From contig JAYSWN010000172.1 of assembly GCA_043718025.1 (NCBI GenBank), positions 1 to 64,000 on the forward strand: DNA of 64,000 bases. Direction: 5' to 3'. This document shows positions 9,634 through 18,200 of the stretch, in pieces. The notes under the pieces were generated by a model. That model searched no databases, was not told the origin of the DNA, and was given only the letters and a program-made list of their open reading frames with translations. Source of the stretch: Pseudomonadota bacterium. GTDB lineage: Bacteria > Bdellovibrionota > FAC87 > UBA2466. The translations under genes and the position numbers were made by a program. Numbering within the stretch: the stretch's first letter is position 1; each line of letters opens with the position of its first letter.

Positions 9634-9664
9634 GGCCCCGGAGCTTAAGCCCCGGGGCCTTTTT
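9634..9664 (+). terminator. Rho-independent terminator
   Basis: GGCCCCGG...CCGGGGCC stem followed by TTTTT. Confidence 0.75.
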
Positions 9665-9747
9665 ATTTAATCAAACTTTTCTTCAGCAAATTTGTCGTAC
9701 CCCAAAATTGCCTAAGAATCTTAGAGCGGCTTCGCTAGTGGAGAGGG

Positions 9748-11601
9748 TTAAAGCATGGTCTTTGCCAACGGCGTTAGGCTGCGATGATTTTCACTGAACT
9801 TGGTAAACCCAACGCCGTCTAATTTTTCTAAGATCAAGACGGCGTCGCGGCGCGAAAGACTTAAGCAATCCTTGAGCTGCGGCGTGGTAGCCTTCTGAGC
9901 GTTGATTAAAAAGTTATAAATCTTATTTTTAAACGCTTTATACCCTTCGGCAGAAAGGTAGAACCCCTCCCCAAATCCCACAATTTGCCCTTCTCGTGCC
10001 ATCTTTTTCACCAGCTCTCTGCGACCGGGAATGTCCGCACTCCAATCGCGCAAGGAAACCGGCGCGCTCCCAACCGAGAAAAAACTCAGCACTTCGCGCC
10101 GAATCAAGGCCTCTTCGGATGAGATTTTAAGCTCAACGCCAAAAGGCAGGAACCCACCCTCTGCTTTACTCCACAACACGCCGAGGCCGCTTTTGACCAC
10201 CTCAGCAATTAACGGGGCCACCGCACTTTTATCTACGTTCAACTCGGCATCAAAAACTTTAAGGATCAAGGTTTCTATTTTTTTCTGGGTGAATGGTTCA
10301 TTGGTCTTGGCAAAACTTGTGTGCAGGATCGAGTGTAATGTGGTTTTGACCTTCTCCCAGTCGGTTTGCCGCAGCACGTGTTGACTACCAATTTGATGAA
10401 ACACATTATTGTCGCATAATTTTTGTTCTGTGTTGGCGTCCGAAAAAATAGAGTTAGTAAACTCAATTCGCTCACCCAATGCGCACTTGCTAAACAGATA
10501 CGCTTGCCACTGTGCCTCCCCCGGCTGGTAGGAAGCAATATTGATTGCCGCCTGGGCCTTTGAGACCGCGCGAGGATTTGGATCGGTGACCACTCCGCCC
10601 CCCAACGATCGCTCCGCTCCCGAGGCTCGCAGCAAAAGGCGTTCGCCCGAACGCAGCGGAAAGGGTTTGGGTAACTTGATCCGGTAGGCCCCTTCCCCGA
10701 CCTCGATTAAGGTGGCGAGAATTTTAGTGGTACCAACGTGCATGGCTACTTTGAAATTGCGTCGGGGAATTTTTTCCCAGAATGAAAGCCGAGCCTCTAC
10801 GAACGAAGTCAGTTGGGCAGGACTGCTCGTAAGCAAAACCCCGCGCCCAATATTGGTGCCAACGCTTCCCAGTCCAACCGCCACCCGTGAGGACGCAGTA
10901 GCGTTGGCCACTTCGGTGCCGTAGGCCTGCAGAGATTTGATCGTCAACTGCTCTTGCGTTGGCCAAGCATAAAGCCCGTCGCCTACCGAAAGCCTTCCTT
11001 CCGAAAGAGTTCCCGTCGCTACCAACCCCACGCCCCGGGGGATAAAACTGCGATCTACCCAGAGCCGCGCCGAGCGAAAACGTGAACGCAAAGGCAACTG
11101 GGGCAACATCTCCGCAATGCGATCGCGAAGGCTCTGCACGGTTTGGCGATCCGTTTTCGAAAAATCAACGACGGCGGTCGGGCGGATACCGGCCTTTACG
11201 AATCTTGCTTCGACCTCGGCACGGACCTCTCGCAAGTGCGCAGAGTCGACAAGGTCAACTTTGGTCAACACCACGATGCCTTGCGTAACTCCCAACGCGG
11301 CAAGAATATTGAGGTGCTCTTCGCTCTGCGGCATCCAGCCATCGTCAGCCGCCACCACAAAGAGAAAGGCATCAACCGCCGCGGCCCCGGTTACCATATT
11401 TTTTACAAAGCGCCGGTGGCCGGGCACATCCACAATCCCCACCCGGCCAAAAGGAGGAGAGTCTAAAAACACGAAATTGAGATCAATGGTCATGCCCCGC
11501 GCCTTCTCTACGGCAAGGCGATCAGGCGCCTGGCCGGTCAGGGCATGAATCAATGACGACTTGCCATGATCAACGTGTCCGGCGGTGCCTAATACAAACA
11601 C
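9748..11601 (-). CDS. selB: Selenocysteine-specific elongation factor SelB
   Basis: GTAGHVDHGKS, RGMTIDL, DVPGH, GWMPQSEEHL, TKVD, VDRSF; C-terminal winged-helix (LSRRDAVLILEKLD); TAGTG overlap with selA. Confidence 0.9.
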   Translation of the reverse strand: MFVLGTAGHVDHGKSSLIHALTGQAPDRLAVEKARGMTIDLNFVFLDSPPFGRVGIVDVPGHRRFVKNMVTGAAAVDAFLFVVAADDGWMPQSEEHLNILAALGVTQGIVVLTKVDLVDSAHLREVRAEVEARFVKAGIRPTAVVDFSKTDRQTVQSLRDRIAEMLPQLPLRSRFRSARLWVDRSFIPRGVGLVATGTLSEGRLSVGDGLYAWPTQEQLTIKSLQAYGTEVANATASSRVAVGLGSVGTNIGRGVLLTSSPAQLTSFVEARLSFWEKIPRRNFKVAMHVGTTKILATLIEVGEGAYRIKLPKPFPLRSGERLLLRASGAERSLGGGVVTDPNPRAVSKAQAAINIASYQPGEAQWQAYLFSKCALGERIEFTNSIFSDANTEQKLCDNNVFHQIGSQHVLRQTDWEKVKTTLHSILHTSFAKTNEPFTQKKIETLILKVFDAELNVDKSAVAPLIAEVVKSGLGVLWSKAEGGFLPFGVELKISSEEALIRREVLSFFSVGSAPVSLRDWSADIPGRRELVKKMAREGQIVGFGEGFYLSAEGYKAFKNKIYNFLINAQKATTPQLKDCLSLSRRDAVLILEKLDGVGFTKFSENHRSLTPLAKTML

Positions 11602-12974
11602 TAAAGGGATCCTCCGGTCTCCACACTTTCATTCCGAACCAGGGCGCGAAGTAACGCTGGCTCTTCATCGGCAAAAACCGTGCGCAGGTCGATACAAAGT
11701 CGCCGCTTCTCACGGCGAAAGACCACCGCCGGGGTGCCCAGAAAGAGTTGCTTTGCCACCGCCTCGGGATCTCCCGCCCGCGGCAACCATTCGATCAACG
11801 TGGTGGGTAACTCAATTTGCGGTGAGGTTCCGCCGCCGACCTCGCTAACGCCCGGGTGCAGTTCACCGTTTAAATCCAGATCTTTCATCTGCGCCAAGAA
11901 TTTGCTCGCCCGCTCAGCTAGGCTTTGTGCGGACAGGGCTAAAAGTCGCGAAGTTTCGCTAGGCACGCCGATTAAAAACTGTAACAGAGAATCTTCGAGC
12001 AAAAACAGCTCGAATTTACTGAGTCGCAGCGCCCGGTAAAGTGGCGATTTTTTTATCAAGGATAAATAGGCAGTTTCACCGACCAGTACCCCGGCCTGCG
12101 GTCCGCCCAACAGTTTATCGCCGCTGAAGCAGAGCACCGAAGCGCCTTCGCGAAGCAGCGCTTTCATCGATGGTTCATGGCCCACTTCATTCCACAGAGC
12201 GCCGCTTCCCCAATCGACAATGAGTGGGGTGGCGTTTTTTTTGGCGAGAGCAGACAATTCGCGCACGCTCACGCTGCCAACATGCCCCACCATTGAAAAA
12301 TTACTTTGGTGAACCTTTAACAACACGGCCCCGGGATTTGCGGCCAGAGCTTTTTCGTAATCAGAAAAAGTGGTGATATTGGTTGCCCCCACTTCAATGA
12401 GCTTGGCGCCGCTAGCTTCAAGAATCTCGGGCACGCGAAATCCCCCGCCGATTTGCACCAACTCGCCCCGCGAAACAATCGCGGCTTTGCCGCGCGCCAA
12501 CGCAAACAGCGCCAGAAAGACCGCCGCCGCATTATTATTCACGACCACCGCTGCCTCGGCATTTAATAGACTACACAGCAAGGGCTCGACGCTAGCGGTT
12601 CGGCTACCGCGCACCGGAGACTCTGGTTCCATTTCAAGAAGTGAGTAGCCCGACAACTCTTCCGCCGCTTTTTGTAACGAGGCGCGGCCCAATGGGGCCC
12701 GACCGAGATTGGTATGAAGCACCACGCCGGTGGCGTTGATGCATTTGCGAAACTGGGGTTGCCCTAGTCGACGAAACCTAAGTTCAACCTCTTTTTTGAT
12801 TGTTACGGCGGTGGGAATGGGCGCCCCGGCAACGGCAGCCTGACGACACTCGCCAAGGTAACGGCGAATCACTTCGGATCGCACCGGGCGCGGGATTTTC
12901 CCTTCCCACTTTTCATCAAATTCAAAGCACAGTTTTTCTACCGACGGCAGCGTCTCAAACGGGGAGTGGATCAC
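11601..12974 (-). CDS. selA: L-seryl-tRNA(Sec) selenium transferase
   Basis: INATGVVLHTNLGRAPL, VVNNNAAAV, SRGELVQIGGGFRVPE, KVHQSNF, FSGDKLLGGPQAG (PLP Lys); probable GTG start 12974 overlapping the tatC end. Confidence 0.93.
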   Translation of the reverse strand: MIHSPFETLPSVEKLCFEFDEKWEGKIPRPVRSEVIRRYLGECRQAAVAGAPIPTAVTIKKEVELRFRRLGQPQFRKCINATGVVLHTNLGRAPLGRASLQKAAEELSGYSLLEMEPESPVRGSRTASVEPLLCSLLNAEAAVVVNNNAAAVFLALFALARGKAAIVSRGELVQIGGGFRVPEILEASGAKLIEVGATNITTFSDYEKALAANPGAVLLKVHQSNFSMVGHVGSVSVRELSALAKKNATPLIVDWGSGALWNEVGHEPSMKALLREGASVLCFSGDKLLGGPQAGVLVGETAYLSLIKKSPLYRALRLSKFELFLLEDSLLQFLIGVPSETSRLLALSAQSLAERASKFLAQMKDLDLNGELHPGVSEVGGGTSPQIELPTTLIEWLPRAGDPEAVAKQLFLGTPAVVFRREKRRLCIDLRTVFADEEPALLRALVRNESVETGGSL

Positions 12975-13758
12975 GGCGCCCCCCGGCCTCATCGTTATCA
13001 TCGCGCTCATCGGTTTTCTCAATCCACGACACAACCACGATGCCCAATTCAAATAGCAGGTGCAAGGGAACCAGAACCAAAATCATGGTGAAAGCATCAG
13101 GGGTGGGAGTAAGAATAGCGGCCACGATTGCATTGATTACAATCGCCTGCTTGCGCACATGGCGTAAAGTGTCAGCGCGAATCACCCCAAAGCGGGCTAA
13201 TAGCCCCATCACCACCGGCACTTCAAACACCAGCCCCAGCGCCAGTAAAAGTTTTAGCGTCAGCGAAAAATACTCGGTAATCGTGATTAACGGCTTTTCG
13301 TGGGGCGACCCAAAGTGGATCAAAAAATCGTAACCGGTAGGAAGCACAATGTAGTAGCCAAACGCAATTCCGCACCCAAAAGAAAGGGTTCCGAAGAAGA
13401 CGAAAGGCACCACGAATTTCTTTTCTTTTTGCTCAAGCGCTGGCGCCACGAAGCCCCACAGTTGCCAAAGCAAATAGGGCGAAGCCAGCGCAATACCGGC
13501 GACCATCGAAACTTTGAGGTACGCGAAAAACTTGTCGGCGATGCCGGTGAAATAGAGAAAAGCCTGATCGGGGGGTAAAGCCCGCAATAGCGGCGCCTCC
13601 AGCCAGCGCACCATAGGCTCGGCGTAGTTATAGGCAAGGGCGGTGGTCAGCATCACCGCCACTACGACTTTGATTAACCTCGTGCGCAGCTCATCTAAAT
13701 GCTCCCAGACGGGCTGTCGCCCTTCGGAGTCGATGGATTTTTCTTCGTCTTGCGCCAT
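12955..13758 (-). CDS. tatC: Twin-arginine translocase subunit TatC
   Basis: WEHLDELRTRL, QLWGFVAPAL..KEK, FEVPVV, AAILTPTPD; likely ATG start 13758. Confidence 0.93.
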   Translation of the reverse strand: MAQDEEKSIDSEGRQPVWEHLDELRTRLIKVVVAVMLTTALAYNYAEPMVRWLEAPLLRALPPDQAFLYFTGIADKFFAYLKVSMVAGIALASPYLLWQLWGFVAPALEQKEKKFVVPFVFFGTLSFGCGIAFGYYIVLPTGYDFLIHFGSPHEKPLITITEYFSLTLKLLLALGLVFEVPVVMGLLARFGVIRADTLRHVRKQAIVINAIVAAILTPTPDAFTMILVLVPLHLLFELGIVVVSWIEKTDERDDNDEAGGRRDPLPV

Positions 13759-13925
13759 AACTACAGTTCCTACCCCAATCCAAGTCCCCGCGCTAGAAAT
13801 CCGAACGTCAGAGTCGCCTATCCGGCCTTTAGACCACCTGCCCGCCCCGCGGCAACGTTGGCACGCCTTGCTACAGAGCATCCTTGAGTAAGAAACCAAA
13901 TTTAGAAATAGGAATGTAAATAAGA

Positions 13926-15197
13926 ATGAGAAACCTTTTTTCAAGACTGATTTCCGTTACCGTTATCTGGTTTATGGTCGTAGTGGTGGCCAGCTGCGGC
14001 GGAGTAGGCAAGCCCTCCGAGGTGGTAATTCCCGAACGGACTCCCCAAGCCCCCCTTTTTGCGAAAGAAGACGGAGCTATTCTGAAGGCACAGATTAGAG
14101 AGGGGGCCAATCCCCAGGCCTATAGCGTAGCCCTGAGTTGGGCCGGCGCGGTTGAAGCCAGCGAGGCCTGGACGATCTACCGCGATTCGCCTTCGCGGCC
14201 CCGGACCTTTTTAGGCACCTTAGAAAAAGAAAAACGGGATTTTCTGGATGACGGGGCACCTCCGGGAGAGACCGTTTCGTACCTGTTGATTGACGGTACC
14301 AGTGTAGAAAATGCCCGCCATTACCGAGGTGAAATAAAAATTCCGCGCGACATGGTGCTCAGCTCACCCCTGAGCATTAAACGATTAAGTGGGGTGCATC
14401 GCCTCTTTCTTCGTTCCGGAGCGAAGGTGATCGGTGAAGACGGTCAGTTAGAAATTAATGTAGACCAAATCATTTCTGAGAATGCGATGGTGATGACCTA
14501 CGCCGACGAGGATGCGGCGCCCGTCGGCCACCCCGGACGATCGGCCGAACATTTGATTATTCGGGCCAATCGCGGCGCCGGACTTTTGCAGGTTGTAGCG
14601 CGTGGGCAGCGCGCCGGAGCGGGAACTCGTGGCGGCGATGGCGAAAACGGCCGGGCCGGCAAACCGGGACAGCCGTGCGAGCTAGAATCAATCTTTGCGT
14701 TTCACCAAACCCTTGCGGAAATGGCCGCTGACCAACTCTGGTACAAAGAAGAGGGGCCAAAATACCCGGCAACTGACCACCGTTGGCTTACAAGCCGCTG
14801 CAGTGTGCAACCTGGTAACGGTTTCGATGGTGAGCCGGGCGGCAAAGGCAGTCGCGGCGGGGTTGGACCTCGCGGTGGCAATGCAGGAAATATCTTAGTC
14901 GAGATAGCAAACCCTGCCGGCTTCCAGGTGGCCCCGCTCAACATCGGTGGCGCCGGAGGGGCCGGCGGACTGGGAGGGGCCGGCGGAAAGGGCGGCGCGG
15001 GGGGACCCGCTGGCGCAACCGACCCGGTTGGCAAGTGTCATCCCGCAAATCCGGGAAAGGCCGGTCCAGAGGGAGCGGCCGGAGAGGCGGGCGATCCAGG
15101 GCAAAGTGGAAAGAGCGGCCTAATTTGTCTGAAGTTGGGCGCCGCCATTACTCCAGATTGCGATAAAATTCCGCCATCGGCTCCTTACGTTTGGTAA
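13926..15197 (+). CDS. Lipoprotein with collagen-like (Gly-X-Y) repeats
   Basis: Lipobox VASC; several G-X-X runs (GDGENGRAGKPGQP, GEPGGKGSRGGVGPRGG, GPEGAAGEAGDPGQSG) punctuated by Cys. Confidence 0.75.
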   Translation: MRNLFSRLISVTVIWFMVVVVASCGGVGKPSEVVIPERTPQAPLFAKEDGAILKAQIREGANPQAYSVALSWAGAVEASEAWTIYRDSPSRPRTFLGTLEKEKRDFLDDGAPPGETVSYLLIDGTSVENARHYRGEIKIPRDMVLSSPLSIKRLSGVHRLFLRSGAKVIGEDGQLEINVDQIISENAMVMTYADEDAAPVGHPGRSAEHLIIRANRGAGLLQVVARGQRAGAGTRGGDGENGRAGKPGQPCELESIFAFHQTLAEMAADQLWYKEEGPKYPATDHRWLTSRCSVQPGNGFDGEPGGKGSRGGVGPRGGNAGNILVEIANPAGFQVAPLNIGGAGGAGGLGGAGGKGGAGGPAGATDPVGKCHPANPGKAGPEGAAGEAGDPGQSGKSGLICLKLGAAITPDCDKIPPSAPYVW

Positions 15198-15270
15198 CGC
15201 CACGCTTTGCGCCGTGGCTCAGCGCAGTTTCTGCTCTATGCTGGGGCCTCTCAATTGGAGGCCTTTAGCC

Positions 15271-18200
15271 ATGTCCGTCCTCACTCGATTGGCCCTCGCC
15301 CTGTGCGTTTTTTTTGGCACTTTTTCTATTGCCGCGACCCTTAAAGACGGCGACGCCTTATTTGAAAAAGAGCAATACAAAGAGGCCAAAGCGATTTTTG
15401 AAAAGTTTTTGAAAGTAGGCGGCGATCACGCCGCCCACGCCGCCTACCGGACCGTCGAATGCGAACTGTACTTACAACGGTTCGGCGAAGCCGCCCAATT
15501 GGCAAGCCAAGTGGCCATTCCCACTTCGGGAGTTTGGCGCGGTCGCCTGCTTTTTTTAAGAACCCAAGTCTACGAACAGTATTTGATTCAGTACGGCTGG
15601 CGCCTGAACCAAGCGAGCGCCGCCGGCAACGGCGATATTACCCAAAAGACCGAGCTCGATTGGGAGCGAGCAATAGCCAAAGATTTTTCACTATTGTGGA
15701 AGGAACGGAGTCAACTCGCCGCCATTGCCCTTACCGACGAGATCGCATTCTTAAGCGCCAAAGGCATCGACACGCAAAAATACCCCAACCTTTGGTCTTT
15801 CGTAGTGGAACGGTGGGTCCGTTTCTTACAAACCCGCTCTTCCTCGCGAACTAAAGCACCGTTTCCGACTACCCTTTTTAACGCCACTGGTGACTGGAAT
15901 CCTAAGTCGCCTCGAGCGCAACAGGCGGCGCAGCTTTTTGACAGTGTGGCCGCGACCAATGCCGCGGCCCGACAAATTTGGAACGCCGAAAAATGGCTTC
16001 TGCCGTTGAGTCAGCCAGATTGGTTCGAAAAAGCGCCAAAGAGTTTATTGCCAGCTTTAAAACTTCTCTCCGAAAAGAACGAAGAGCTAAGTGACAAACG
16101 CGCCAAAGCTTTGATGGGCGCCGCCATCGCCACTGGCTTCGCCAATGAAAAGCAATTCGAACGTGCCGTAGCCCTCTGCAAGTGGGTCGAAAAGTGGGAC
16201 CCACAGTCAGCAAGTAGCCAGACCTGCATCGGCTTGCGTTCACGCTGTGAACAACCCGAGATCGCTCTGAACTCACCGCCCCTTTTGCCCGACGTCACGC
16301 AGGCCATTGACATCACTTCACGCAATCTCGGTACCCTCTACCTGCGCTGGCTACCCATCAGTTGGGATCGGCTTAAAACTCAGCGATCGGCCAGCGGCGA
16401 CAGCGGTTATTACCATCTAAAAACACTGGAACTTGCGCTGCTAAAAGAGGTGGCCAAAGAAAAGAGTGCCTACTCGTGGAAGATAAATCCTCAATACCCG
16501 AGCAAACATGAAGAGGCGAAGAGCAAGGTCTCGGTTCCGCCGACAAAAAATGGTTTTCACGTTCTTCTGGTTTCAGAAATTCCCGACTTCGACTCAAGCA
16601 AAGGGCTGGTGCGCGGAGCTTTAATAAGGGTAAGCGCAATGGCCTTAGTGGGTTCCGCCAACCCGCTTAATTTCGAAGGGCTTTCCGCGGCGGCCAATGT
16701 AAAGAACCCCCTCGGAGGCTTTCACCTGTACGCGGTTGATGCCAAAACGGGCGAAGGCAAAGCCGGCTGGTCGATTTCGGCGCGACAGCGCCTCAACTGG
16801 CAAACCAATTCTGAAGTCAGCAACATTACCGACGTCAATGGACGCGCTCACTTTGCAGATTTTCCGGCCACCTACCAGTCGATGTCGCTAGACCCGCTTC
16901 TAAAAAAGGACGACACTTACGCGCTGCTCGAAAACCCTTTAATTCTCTATAAAATGGAGGCGGATTCGACTCGCCTGTTCCTCGATTTAGATCGACCGAT
17001 ATTCCGCCAAGGGCAGAAAGTGCAATTTAAAATCACCGCCTTTGCACGGGCCTTCCCCGGCTGGAAATGGCGCACCATGGGCGAAGTGGCGGTAACGGCA
17101 CGAAATGCCAGCGGCAAAGAGTTCTACAAAAACAGAGTCTCACTCTCCACTACCGGTAGCGTCACCGGCGATTTTTCACTACCCACTAACGGCATGCTGG
17201 GTAGTTGGACCTTAGAAGCCAGTCTGCAAGAACAGGACAAAACTTTTCAACAGACCAAGTCTTTTGCCGTGGAGGCCTACCGACGGCCGGAACTGGAGCT
17301 AACCTTCGAGCCACTGAAAGAGGGTAAGCCAAATGCGCCTTGCCGTTACTCCAAACCATGTGAGGCCGTGGGCCGAACCGTAACCTACGCCGGTACGGCG
17401 TTGCCCGGAAGAGCCGTAAACTACCGAATCGTGCGCGAACCCTATTACGCCTTTTGGGATTTTTGGTGGCGAGGGCCGGCTCAGGGTGGCACCGAGGAGG
17501 TCGCGGCGGGTACGGTGACCACCGCGAAAGACGGTTCATTCCGAATTCCCTTCGTGCCCAAACCCTTTGCCGAAGGAGAGGGTGCCGCCCGATTTACCAT
17601 CACCGCCGAAACCCGCGAGCTTGGTGGTCGTACCATCGCCGCCACCAAAATTCTGCTGGCTGGCCACACGGCCTTTCAAATTCGCGCCGAGGCCACCCGA
17701 GGTTTTATCGACATAACCTCAACTCCGGAATGGAACTTAAAATTGGAGGGACTAAACGGGGAAGTGACCAGCGGCGAGGTGGAATACCATCTGTATTCCC
17801 TGAAACTGTCTGATCCCGCACCCGCTGACTCTCTCGAAGCCTGGCTCGATAAGCAGAAAAACGCCCAAGCCGTAGTGCAGGGGCACGCTAAAGTCGAGGG
17901 CGTCTCCACGCTGCTTAAACTTAAAAAGCTGGAGAGTGGCATCTACCGTCTCACTCTAAAAGCCAGGGACAACTGGGGTGGAGTGGTAGAAACCCATCGT
18001 CCCGTTGTCGTAGTCAATGCTAGTGACGAAGTGCTCGGAAAAACACTCCCCCCTTCCCTCACCCTAGCGGCAAGAAAAGAACTTAAAGTTGGCGACAACG
18101 CAGAAATACTGCTTGGCTCCGGCGAAGGAAAAGGTGTGAATTTTGTCGAAGTATGGCAAGGACGAAACCTAATCGCAATTCAAACGCTACCGCCCGGCGT

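Noticed and set aside
13859..13874. sigma54-like TGGCACGCCTTGC
   Set aside because: GG-GC spacing is 8 rather than the required 10
13759..13880. tRNA-Sec or other tRNA upstream of tatC-selA-selB
   Set aside because: No cloverleaf, TTCA anticodon loop or T-loop; none seen downstream of selB either
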